NCBI GenBank assembly: GCA_019421315.1
Contig: JAHZFN010000279.1
Location: 3,441-31,822 of the forward strand
Source of the DNA: Peptococcaceae bacterium
GTDB taxonomy: Bacteria; Bacillota; Dehalobacteriia; UBA4068; UBA4997
Direction: 5' to 3'
Length of the DNA stretch: 28,382 nt
Part shown: piece after piece, positions 8,965-17,349 of the stretch
Layout: each line of letters opens with the position of its first letter
How positions within the stretch are numbered: position 1 is the first letter of the stretch
Notes under the pieces: model-generated
Seen by the model: only the letters and a program-made list of their open reading frames with translations
Databases searched by the model: none
What the model was told of the DNA's origin: nothing
Position numbers and translations under genes: made by a program

Positions 8965-9219
8965 CAACAGATTTTTGATTTTCTCGGCAGAATTTGCAAG
9001 AAGCTTGTTTGTTACATCGGTATAAACGTTGGCAGTCAATTCTATGGAGGAATGTCCCATAAGGTATTGGGAGGTTTTGATTGGTACTTCGTTTTCGGCG
9101 AGCATTGTGCAGTAGTTGTGCCTTAGGAAATATGGGGTTATATTGGCTTCAAACCCTGCTTCTTCAACAAGTCTTTTCCATGTTCTTTCGTAGCGTTGTT
9201 TGGTGCATGGCTTATTTTT
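8959..9219 (-). pseudogene. Tyrosine integrase, C-terminal remnant only
   Basis: Hand translation: KNKPCTKQRYERTWKRLVEEAGFEANITPYFLRHNYCTMLAENEVPIKTSQYLMGHSSIELTANVYTDVTNKLLANSAEKIKNLLI*. It contains xxLRH, MGHS and the catalytic VY. The N-terminal part is missing and there is no start codon upstream of these motifs. Confidence 0.88.
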
Positions 9220-9253
9220 AACCCCCTGTTCTGATGCAACAGAACAGGGGGTT
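9220..9253. terminator. Perfect 14-bp hairpin downstream of the cargo gene
   Basis: AACCCCCTGTTCTG / CAGAACAGGGGGTT; no clear T-tract on the minus strand. Confidence 0.55.
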
Positions 9254-9270
9254 GTTGTTGTAATTTTCGA

Positions 9271-9993
9271 TTATTGCCGTTTGTAATATAATGCACTGTC
9301 GCCGTTATACCAAATTAGATAAGGTTCGGAAATACGGAATTGCATTGAACCGTTGTTTTTCTTGTTGTTGATAGTAAGTGTGTTATCATCAACGGTCCAG
9401 CTAAGATACGCCATTTCTCTATCTATATATATTTTACCGTTGTCATTGTCTGTTAAATAAAGAGTGGAGGATACTCCTGCTTCTTGCGGCAATACTTCTA
9501 TTCCGTAAACACTGATTTTTGACAGCTTCCATGTTCCAATATAGTTGCTGGGGCTTTTGGTCAAATCAAAGATAATTATTTGCCCATCATTTGAATGGAT
9601 TGTTACAAGTTTGGTTTGGCTGTTGTAATCAACGCTTGCATTTAGGGCTTCACTGACAAATCTCAAAGGAACGACAGTATAATCATTAACTGTTTTCGCC
9701 GCAACATCTAAAGTATATTCGCTGCCGTTGATATAGGCTTTTTTAGAATTTAATATCAAGGTAATGCGAGTGCCGTTTTTATCTGCTGTGATTTTTTTTG
9801 TTGCACCATCATAGTCAACTGTTGCGCCGAAAATTTCAAAGACGGTACGCATGGGGATCAATGTCACACCGTTTTCCACTCTGGGCGGAATAGGGCTTGC
9901 GGCGTTGCCGTTGACGGCTGCCAAGGCAGGCGTTGTAAATACCGTTAAAATTAGTGATAAGGTTATTACCGCTGCCAATAATTTCTTTTTCAT
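9271..9993 (-). CDS. Secreted protein with copper amine oxidase N-terminal (stalk) domain and C-terminal lipocalin-like domain
   Basis: RBS AGGAG before ATG at 9993. Signal peptide MKKKLLAAV...PALA. Repeated TLIPMR/TVVPLRFVSEAL motifs of the Cu_amine_oxidN1 domain. C-terminal YIGTWKL beta-rich domain. Confidence 0.8.
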   Translation of the reverse strand: MKKKLLAAVITLSLILTVFTTPALAAVNGNAASPIPPRVENGVTLIPMRTVFEIFGATVDYDGATKKITADKNGTRITLILNSKKAYINGSEYTLDVAAKTVNDYTVVPLRFVSEALNASVDYNSQTKLVTIHSNDGQIIIFDLTKSPSNYIGTWKLSKISVYGIEVLPQEAGVSSTLYLTDNDNGKIYIDREMAYLSWTVDDNTLTINNKKNNGSMQFRISEPYLIWYNGDSALYYKRQ

Positions 9994-10056
9994 AATTACC
10001 ACTCCTAATCAATAAAATTTTTTTATGTAAATTTTAATTACATACCACCATTTTGT

Positions 10057-10471
10057 TTACGCAACTTCGCCTATCATTTTGTAGTATTCGACGGCTTTTT
10101 TCATAAAAATTTCCGTTACCGAAAAATGCTCGGCAAGCTCCCACAAGTCGCATATGCCGCCGCTGACGGCTTCTTGCAGTCGGTCGCAGGGAACAGCGTT
10201 TTATTGCCCGGCGGTCGGCTCGGAGTTCGTGCTTGGCTCTTAAGTCAAATTCTGAATGTATACTATAGAAACTGCCCGTTTCGATATGCCCCGGTTCATG
10301 AGCAAGGTGGACGGTTTCTTACGAGCCTGTTTCCATTTTGTCGGTATCCATAACTATTGTACCATCAGGAAAAGCCATGGATTTTACTTGCCGCATGGCA
10401 TAATAATAAACATCAATATTTTGGCTGTCCGCATATTGGTACAGTGCCAAAAGAGTATTATAATCACACAT
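10057..10471 (-). pseudogene. ImmA/IrrE-family metallopeptidase (anti-repressor) pseudogene
   Basis: Hand translation: MCDYNTLLALYQYADSQNIDVYYY...METGS*ETVHLAHEPGHIETGSFY...KHELRADRRAIK, then a frameshift near 10200 to VPCDRLQEAVSGGICDLWELAEHFSVTEIFMKKAVEYY. HExxH motif present; premature TAA at 10319-10321. Confidence 0.85.
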
Positions 10472-10598
10472 ACATATCACCTTTATAAGTCTTTATATCA
10501 GCTGTTTTGAATGATAGCTATATATTTTTCCAATTCCGCTTTTTCGTATTCTGCTATCAGCTCAACAAGCTTTGTATTTACATTCCGGTATGGATAGA

Positions 10599-10952
10599 TT
10601 ATTCTTTTCTTTGTGATTTTTTGAATTTTATAAAATCAAGAATATCTTGCTTTTCGTCGTCGGAGAGGTCCTTTACTTCACCCCAAAGGGCAAACTCAAC
10701 GCCTTCCGGCTGTTTGTCAAGGTCGGGTTCGGCAGTTTCGGCGGATTCCTGCAAATCAGAGTTTACAAGAGTGTTCATATCGACATTAAATAATTCGGAT
10801 AATGCTTTTAACTGTTTGAAAGGCGGTTCGGAGACGCCGCTTTCCCATTTTTGGATTGTTGTGTAGGATTTATATCCAAATTTTTCAGCTAAATCTTCTT
10901 GGGAAAATCCCATTTTTTTTCTTAAAAATCTTATGTTTTTGGCTAAAGTCAT
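10599..10952 (-). CDS. XRE-family HTH phage repressor (CI/ImmR-like), intact
   Basis: NIRFLRKKMGFSQEDLAEKFGYKSYTTIQKWESG HTH; positioned between ImmA and a divergent cro remnant. Confidence 0.9.
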   Translation of the reverse strand: MTLAKNIRFLRKKMGFSQEDLAEKFGYKSYTTIQKWESGVSEPPFKQLKALSELFNVDMNTLVNSDLQESAETAEPDLDKQPEGVEFALWGEVKDLSDDEKQDILDFIKFKKSQRKE

Positions 10953-10982
10953 AATATCAATCCCTTGTTAATGGTTTACCAT

Positions 10983-11090
10983 ATGATAACATAAACAAGA
11001 AATATATTCAAGCAATTTTGTTGAAACAGCAAAAACACTTGAAAATAATTCATGCTCCTTGTTGACACATGAATTAAATTCATGTATGAT
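10983..11090. promoter_or_regulatory. Divergent lysis/lysogeny switch: two sigmaA-type promoters and three operators
   Basis: Leftward promoter TTGAAT-N17-TATCAT (11011 to 10983). Rightward promoter TTGACA-N17-TATGAT (11062-11090). 17-bp operators at 10996-11012, 11038-11054 and 11068-11084 (CATGAATTAAATTCATG). Confidence 0.8.
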
Positions 11091-11112
11091 TCATGGTGCA
11101 GGGCGGAGTAGA

Positions 11113-11339
11113 TATTGCAAGAACAAAGCTTCCATTAAAAAAAGTCTGAGAGTGAAAAACGGTCGTAAACAGCAGTAAATTGCGGTTAAGTCGGCAGTTA
11201 GGCATCAAATTTACAATGCTTGGAAAAAGATATGACCGTTGCGGCAAGGTCAAAGGTTTGGGCGGCGGTGAGCAACGAGTAACGATTAGTAATTGATGGT
11301 ATTTTTTTTGAACAACAGCATGAATTAAATTCATGTTAG
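11113..11339 (+). pseudogene. Cro-like HTH pseudogene (approximate start)
   Basis: Piecewise translation KSLRVKNGRKQQ*IAVKSAVRHQIYNAW...IDGIFFEQQHELNSC*, with internal stops (e.g. TAA 11176-11178) and frameshifts. Divergent from the repressor, with a fourth operator at 11319-11335. Confidence 0.65.
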
Positions 11340-11580
11340 GCGGCAAGGACGGGAAAGCGAGGACAAAGAAGGTGAAAATGTGTTGAGCAAAAGATACGGG
11401 CACAGCGGTGGCGGTTTTCTTTATGCTTCAGCACCGGGAACCTGCGGTAACGGCGGCAATGGTCATGCCGGTGTTTGTATTATTGCTTATTAAGGAGGTG
11501 CGAGATGGCAAAATTGAAGTCGACTATGACGAAGTGCCGATTGTTAAAGTTAAACAGGTATACTGTTAAAATAGAAAAGC

Positions 11581-11601
11581 ACCTGCTTTCGGCAGGTTTT
11601 T
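11581..11601 (+). terminator. Terminator-like hairpin near the right end of the prophage remnant
   Basis: ACCTGC/GCAGGT stem followed by a T-tract. Confidence 0.5.
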
Positions 11602-12059
11602 GAAGAGGGGATTGGCAGAGGATAGTTTTTTCAAAATTTCTGTTGCGAGCTTTGATTTCGTAGAGTTCACAGATTTTTTTTCGCTCCGATCATACAAAAA
11701 GTCCTGTTGTTTTATCAGATAACATAAATTTCCTTTGTTGGGGATAGGTTGAAAAGCGGCTTTGCAGCAGTGAATTTTTAAGGTTGCTGATAGGCTCTGA
11801 CGGCTTGCAAATAAGACTCGGTTCGTATACAATAGATTTATCCGTTTGTGTGATTTTTATCGAGTGAGTTGGCGCAAGTTCTGCAATGCGGCATTTTAAA
11901 GCATTCGGCAGACTTTATATGCCAATTCAAAGTGATACGGATATAAAATGCGGTGTACATACAAAAACGTCAAAACACGGCGAAAGTTTTTGCCGTTTAA
12001 CTATATATTTATTTTAATGAGGGTATTTTAATGAGGGAAAAGAGAGGAGCAGCCAAAAA

Positions 12060-14567
12060 ATGCCAAAAACAACGGGAACTCTGAACGCAATTTTCATATC
12101 GGAGCGTGTGCGGAATTCTCTGAAAGCGATTGATGATTGTGCCATGACGGCGGTTTCTGCACCGATGGGCTACGGCAAAACGACAGCTGTTAATTGGTTT
12201 TTGGACAGAAAACAAAAAAGCGGCAGGGCGGTTGTGGTCAGAATAAGCATTTATTCCGATAACGCCGCCATTTTCTGGAAAAGTGTGCAAAAGGCATTTG
12301 CCTTTGCGGGCATAGGTTTTTTTACCGAATATGAATTTCCCTCTGACAGCGGCACGGCGGCAATGCTGGCAGACGAAATATGCCATTCCTTGGCGGACGG
12401 CAGGGAATATTATGTGTTTTTCGATGATTTTCATTTGCTGGCAAACGAGCAGGTTGAGCAGTTTCTCTGTGTGCTTGCCAATCGTTTGCCAAAGAACATT
12501 CATATAATCGTTGCCAGCCGTTATCAATTCCCCGCCCAAAAGGAAATTATCCGTCTGGGCGCCAGACTGCATCGTATCGGCACTGCGCAGCTGCGTTTGA
12601 ATTCGGCGGAAATTGCCGTTTACGCTCATTGCTGCGGTGAGGATTTAAACCCCGAACAAATTGCTGCTCTGCTGAAATCCTGCGAGGGCTGGTTTTCGGC
12701 GGTGTATTTGAATTTGTGCTCACTGGCGGAAAGAGGCGAACTTTTAGACGCCAACTCCGATATTTACCAGATGTTCACGGCGGCGTTGATTGAGCCTTTG
12801 AGCCGAGAGGAACGGGAATTTTTGGCGGTGATGGGTCTGGCGGACGAATTTACTGTGGAAATGGCGGAGTTCGTTACCGACAATGCGGCGGCGGGCGGCA
12901 TTTTGTGGGGGCTGACAAGCCGCAACGCCTTTGTTGCAAAGCTTGCCGACGGTGTATCGTTCCGTTTTCATCATATGATGAAAGAATGCTCGGCGGCGAT
13001 TTTTGCCGATTTTGCGGCGGACAAACAGCTTAAATATAAAAATTTGTACGGACAATGGTACGAAAGGCAAAAACAGTATCTCCACGCCCTGAGCTTTTAT
13101 GAGCAGGCGGCAAATTACGACTCCGCCTTGCGGGTTATCGAAAAAGATGCGGGCGTTTTGCTTTCGGCGATGAAACCGAAGGCTTTGCTGAACGGCTTGC
13201 GGAATTGTTCGGAGGAAACTTTGAAGGATCACCCTTTGGCAATTCTGGTTTTGATGCGCCGGCTTTTTACCTGGCGGCAAATTCCCAAAATGCTGGAATT
13301 GAAGGAGCTGCTTACGCAGTCTGTGGCGGAGCACCCCGATTTGCCGTCTGACGAAAAAGGCAATTTGCTGGGTGAATGCGACCTGATTATGAGCTTTTTG
13401 CTGTATAACGACATTACGGAAATGAGCCGTTTGCACCGCAGCGCCAGCAGCCAAATGACAAGGTCTGCTGTTACTATCCGCAATGACGGCAGCTGGACTT
13501 TCGGTTCGCCGTCGGTTTTGATGATGTATTATCGGGCGGCGGGCGAGCTGGACAAGGAAATGGCGGAAATGAACGAATGTATGCCCTATTACTACAAAAT
13601 TACCGACGGGCACGGCAGGGGCGCCGAATCGGTTATGGCGGCGGAGGCCGCCTATAATAAGGGGAATTTGGACGACGCCGCTATCTTTTTGGAAAAAGCG
13701 AGAACGGCAATCGGACACAGCAAACAGCGGAACATGGCTCTTTGCTGTGATTTTCTGGCTTTGCGTCTGGCTCTTTGCGGCTCCGAAAAGGCAGATTTTG
13801 ACTTTGCGGCAAAGCGTGATATTCTTTTGAAGCGGCACGACACGGTGCTTTTGAATCTTTTGGATAGTATTGCGGCTTATTATTACGCATTGCTTGGTTT
13901 GACGGAAAAAATCCCCGAAGCTTTCAAAAACCACCGTTTGGACGGCATTAATTATTTTGCTCCCTGCAAACCGATGATGGAAATGATTGAAAATCAGGTT
14001 TATCTGGCTCAGGGTGCCTATACCAAGGTTATCGGGCGTTCGGCGGCGCAGCTGGAAAACTGCCGAAAACAGCATTACGCTTTGGTGGATTTGCATATTC
14101 GGTTGCAGACTGCGGCGGCTTATGAAAAAATCGGGCGGCGGGAAGAGGCGAAAACTGTTTTGACAGATTGCCTGCGCATGGCGGCGGTGGACGGCTTTTT
14201 GCTGCCTTTTGTCGAAAATTATCGTTATTTGGAACCGATTTTGGCGGAACTGCCCTTTGCCGAAACTCAAGCCTTGGTTGATAAAATAATCCCTTTGGGC
14301 AAGCAGTACGAAAAAAACTGTTTGCTTTGGCGGCGGGAATATTGTCTCCCGGCGGGCGCCGATGTTTTGACCGACCGCGAGCTGGATTTGGCATATCTTT
14401 TGACGGGGCGTTTGACCAACAAGGAAATTGCGGAAAAGCTGTTTCTTTCCGAGGGTACCGTTAAGCAATACGCCAACCGAATTTACGCCAAACTGCACCT
14501 GGACGGCAGCGGCAAAAGCAAAAGAAAACAGCTTTCCGAGCTGTTTTCTGCCGAAAAAAATCAATAA
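12060..14567 (+). CDS. MalT-like (STAND ATPase + LuxR HTH) transcriptional regulator
   Basis: Walker A APMGYGKTT, Walker B FFDDFH, EGW and FRFHH motifs, C-terminal LuxR HTH LTDRE...TNKEIAEKLFLSEGTVK. RBS GAGGAG. Confidence 0.9.
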   Translation: MPKTTGTLNAIFISERVRNSLKAIDDCAMTAVSAPMGYGKTTAVNWFLDRKQKSGRAVVVRISIYSDNAAIFWKSVQKAFAFAGIGFFTEYEFPSDSGTAAMLADEICHSLADGREYYVFFDDFHLLANEQVEQFLCVLANRLPKNIHIIVASRYQFPAQKEIIRLGARLHRIGTAQLRLNSAEIAVYAHCCGEDLNPEQIAALLKSCEGWFSAVYLNLCSLAERGELLDANSDIYQMFTAALIEPLSREEREFLAVMGLADEFTVEMAEFVTDNAAAGGILWGLTSRNAFVAKLADGVSFRFHHMMKECSAAIFADFAADKQLKYKNLYGQWYERQKQYLHALSFYEQAANYDSALRVIEKDAGVLLSAMKPKALLNGLRNCSEETLKDHPLAILVLMRRLFTWRQIPKMLELKELLTQSVAEHPDLPSDEKGNLLGECDLIMSFLLYNDITEMSRLHRSASSQMTRSAVTIRNDGSWTFGSPSVLMMYYRAAGELDKEMAEMNECMPYYYKITDGHGRGAESVMAAEAAYNKGNLDDAAIFLEKARTAIGHSKQRNMALCCDFLALRLALCGSEKADFDFAAKRDILLKRHDTVLLNLLDSIAAYYYALLGLTEKIPEAFKNHRLDGINYFAPCKPMMEMIENQVYLAQGAYTKVIGRSAAQLENCRKQHYALVDLHIRLQTAAAYEKIGRREEAKTVLTDCLRMAAVDGFLLPFVENYRYLEPILAELPFAETQALVDKIIPLGKQYEKNCLLWRREYCLPAGADVLTDRELDLAYLLTGRLTNKEIAEKLFLSEGTVKQYANRIYAKLHLDGSGKSKRKQLSELFSAEKNQ

Positions 14568-14591
14568 CATATAACAATAACATATAAAAAT

Positions 14592-14639
14592 AAAACCATT
14601 ATATACTCTGTGTTTTTGCGGGTATATAATGGTTTTTTT
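14592..14639 (+). terminator. Terminator-like inverted repeat
   Basis: AAAACCATTATATAC / GTATATAATGGTTTT followed by T residues. Confidence 0.65.
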
Positions 14640-14715
14640 ATGCTTTGGGGGATTGAAAAGCTTACCATAAAAAATTTTGTCTAAAAAATATTATAGATAA
14701 TGCAGAAAAAATTTT

Positions 14716-14742
14716 TAATATTTTTGCCGAACGGGGCATAAT
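14716..14742 (+). promoter_or_regulatory. Putative sigmaE-type promoter of tspO
   Basis: TAATATTTTTG-N7-GGGCATAAT, same boxes and spacing as at 2267-2293 upstream of spoIVFA. Confidence 0.45.
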
Positions 14743-14761
14743 AATCAGCGGGTGATGAAAT

Positions 14762-15262
14762 ATGAAAAAAGATAAGATAGCAAAAGACGATAATAAAAAG
14801 AAATGGCGCAAATATGCGGCTTTCATTTTGCTGACGGAAGCGGTGGGCGCTTTGGCGGGGATTTTGACAAAGTCTGCCATGCCCGCTTACGAGCAGGCTT
14901 TGAAACCGCCTTTGACACCGCCGTCCGCCGTGTTCCCCGTGGTTTGGGTAATTCTGTTTGCCCTGCTGGGTATCGGGGCGGCGAGGGTCTGTCTGTTGCC
15001 GCCGTCCAAATATCGCAGGGCGGCGTTGGCTGTGTTTTGGGTGCAGTTGGTTTTCAATTTTCTCTGGAGCTTGATTTTCTTCAATTTGCAGGCTTACGGC
15101 ATGGCATTTTTCTGGCTTGTGGCTTTGTGGCTTTTGATTTTGCTGATGACCGTGCTTTTTGCCAAGGTTGACAAGGCGGCGGCTTGGCTGCAAACGCCGT
15201 ATTTGCTCTGGGTAGCCTTTGCGGGATATTTGAATTTGATGGTTTGGCTTTTGAACCGATAA
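14762..15262 (+). CDS. tspO: TspO/MBR-family tryptophan-rich sensory protein
   Basis: LKPPLTPPSAVFPVVW, QLVFNFLWSLIFF and PYLLWVAFAGYLN motifs; multiple hydrophobic TM segments. Confidence 0.93.
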   Translation: MKKDKIAKDDNKKKWRKYAAFILLTEAVGALAGILTKSAMPAYEQALKPPLTPPSAVFPVVWVILFALLGIGAARVCLLPPSKYRRAALAVFWVQLVFNFLWSLIFFNLQAYGMAFFWLVALWLLILLMTVLFAKVDKAAAWLQTPYLLWVAFAGYLNLMVWLLNR

Positions 15263-15283
15263 TCCGAAAAAGAGCTAAAAAAC

Positions 15284-15320
15284 AAAATATCCCAAGCCTT
15301 TTAACGCTTGGGATATTTTT
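15284..15320. terminator. Bidirectional terminator between convergent tspO and MATE genes
   Basis: AAAATATCCCAAGC / GCTTGGGATATTTT. Confidence 0.8.
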
Positions 15321-15350
15321 ATATGATTATATTTTATATTTGGGGTTGAA

Positions 15351-16730
15351 TTACCACTGAATTTTCCGCAGGGTTCTTTTCAGGAAGATTATGCAGAAAA
15401 CCAAAGAAACGATTTCCGCAATGGGAAACGCCAGCCAAACCAAATTCAGGCTGCCGAATTTTGACAAAATGTAGGCGGCTGGCAAAAGTATAACCAGCTG
15501 GCGGATGATGGAGATGTACATGCTGTACATGCTGCATCCCAAAGCTTGGCAGACGGAAATGCTGATGATACAGAACCCCGCAATGATAAAGCTGACGGAG
15601 ATGATTCGCAGAGCAGGCACACCGATTGTCAGCATATCAGCCGAAGCGTTGAAAAGCAGAAGCAGCTGTTTCGGCATAATCTGGAACACCGCTACGCCGA
15701 CCGCCATGATGGAAACCGCCGCAATAATGCTGAGGCGGATTGTCTGGGTCATGCGGTCCTTCTTTTTGGCACCGTAGTTATAGGAAACAATGGGCACCAT
15801 GCCGTTGTTCAAACCGAAAACGGGCATGAAGAAAAAGCTTTGCAGCTTGAAGTATACACCGAAAACGGCAACTGCGGTGGACGAGAAAACTATCAAAATT
15901 TTGTTCATGCCGAAGGTCATGACGGAGCCGATTGCCGCCATCAAAATGGACGGTACGCCGATGGCGAGAATATCCTTGACAACCTTGCCGTCGGGGCGGA
16001 AGTCGGCCTTGTGCAGAGTAACCTCGTGGTTTTTTTTATGGTTCAGGACGATTGCTACGGCGGCGGCACACATCTGACCGATGACCGTTGCCAGAGCGGC
16101 ACCGGCAACACCCATTTTCGGCAGTCCGAAAAAGCCGAAAATCAGGATGGGATCGAGGATAATGTTGATGATGGCGCCGATCCCCTGAACATACATGGTG
16201 TATAATGTTTTGCCTGTGGCAAGCAAATATCTTTCAAAGGTGATTTGAACGAAAATCCCAAAGGACAAAATACAGCAGATGCGGACGTAAACATCTCCCA
16301 TTTCGATGATTTCCGCAATGTTTGTTTGGGATGTCATGTACAGGTTGGCGGCAAAAATGCCGAAAAGCAAAAACAGCAGATAGCCGACCAGGTTCAAAAA
16401 CAAGCCCTGCATGGCAACCTTGTTGCATTTGTCGAATTTCTTTTCGCCCAGATAACGGGACATCAGGGCGTTGATGCCGACGCCGATACCAAGGGCGACG
16501 GAAAGCATAAGGTTTTGGATGGGGAACGCCATGGATACCGCCGTCAGGGCGTTTTCGCTGACCTGCGCCACAAATATGCTGTCCACAATGTTGTAGCAGG
16601 CCTGCACCAGCATGGAAAGTATCATTGGTATGGACATTGTAAAAAGCAGCTTTTTGACGGGCATATACCCCATTTTGTTTTCTTTGGGCGGTTGTTTCGC
16701 TTGAATTGTTTGCTCTGTCATTTCTATCAC
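15351..16730 (-). CDS. MATE-family efflux transporter
   Basis: YNIVDSIFV, NIILDPILIFG..GVAGAALAT and SYNYGA motifs; highly hydrophobic multi-TM profile. Confidence 0.95.
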   Translation of the reverse strand: MIEMTEQTIQAKQPPKENKMGYMPVKKLLFTMSIPMILSMLVQACYNIVDSIFVAQVSENALTAVSMAFPIQNLMLSVALGIGVGINALMSRYLGEKKFDKCNKVAMQGLFLNLVGYLLFLLFGIFAANLYMTSQTNIAEIIEMGDVYVRICCILSFGIFVQITFERYLLATGKTLYTMYVQGIGAIINIILDPILIFGFFGLPKMGVAGAALATVIGQMCAAAVAIVLNHKKNHEVTLHKADFRPDGKVVKDILAIGVPSILMAAIGSVMTFGMNKILIVFSSTAVAVFGVYFKLQSFFFMPVFGLNNGMVPIVSYNYGAKKKDRMTQTIRLSIIAAVSIMAVGVAVFQIMPKQLLLLFNASADMLTIGVPALRIISVSFIIAGFCIISISVCQALGCSMYSMYISIIRQLVILLPAAYILSKFGSLNLVWLAFPIAEIVSLVFCIIFLKRTLRKIQW

Positions 16731-16777
16731 ATTCCTCTCACATATAACATCACATTTTTCTCATATCACAAAAACAT

Positions 16778-16806
16778 ATTATAGTGGAAATTATTTGCAA
16801 TGTCAA
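16778..16806 (-). promoter_or_regulatory. Consensus sigmaA promoter of the MATE gene
   Basis: Minus strand TTGACA-N17-TATAAT. Confidence 0.75.
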
Positions 16807-17171
16807 TCAAAGGCAATAGATAGGAAAAATTCTGAATATTGATGAAAATGCTTAGGATGAAAATGATTAGATTATTGAAGAAAATTATTGAAGAAAATTA
16901 ATATTGATGAAAATGGAAGCGAGTGATAATTAAGGGCAGTAATAAATCTTAGGGACGGTGAAGAAGAAAGGAACGGCAGAAGTAAAGAAAGCTGTGAAAA
17001 GAGGAAACTGCGGCATTTGATAAAGCTTTGATAATCAAAGGGGCGGCAGAAATAAGGGGGATGAATATGGATTTTTCGGATGTGTTCAAAAATTTTTTTG
17101 AAAAATCTTCGGCAAACGCCCCGAATATAGTTTTTAACTGCCGTTTTGATGAGAAAATCAAGCAAAAAGCC

Positions 17172-17200
17172 TTGACTTTGCGGCATTTCTTTGCTATATT
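17172..17200 (+). promoter_or_regulatory. sigmaA promoter of the rimP-nusA-infB operon
   Basis: TTGACT-N17-TATATT with an extended TG. Confidence 0.6.
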
Positions 17201-17349
17201 ATAAATGTAGTCAGTTGGTGTACCTTTGAGGTATACCATTTTTGTTATAGAAGCAAGGTCGGAAGTGGGTATTCAAAACCCACTTTTTGTTTTGTTTGAT
17301 AAATCAAAGCCGCATCTGCGGTGTTTTTAACGATATTGGGAGGTATTTG

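Larger units (their letters stand above)
8797..11694. mobile_element. Degraded prophage/integrative-element remnant inserted at the tRNA-Pro 3' end
   Basis: Direct repeats TCGCTCCGACCATA (8797-8810) and TCGCTCCGATCATA (11681-11694) enclose an integrase fragment, a cargo gene, an ImmA pseudogene, an XRE repressor and a divergent cro pseudogene. Confidence 0.85.

Noticed and set aside
8691..8978. ORFs 8691-8978 (+) and 8680-8955 (-)
   Set aside because: They overlap the tRNA, its terminator and the att region, so they are spurious.
10498..10595. Short minus-strand frame PYRNVNTKLVELIAEYEKAELEKYIAIIQNS* between repressor and ImmA
   Set aside because: No start codon or RBS, and too short to assign. 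It may be a gene scrap.
10126..10866. Plus-strand ORFs 10126-10353, 10256-10510 and 10507-10866
   Set aside because: They are antisense to the ImmA pseudogene and the repressor, which explain the region.
11370..11603. Small plus-strand frames after cro, including one with RBS AAGGAGG near 11492
   Set aside because: Short, with no recognisable domain. Likely debris of early phage genes at the deletion junction.
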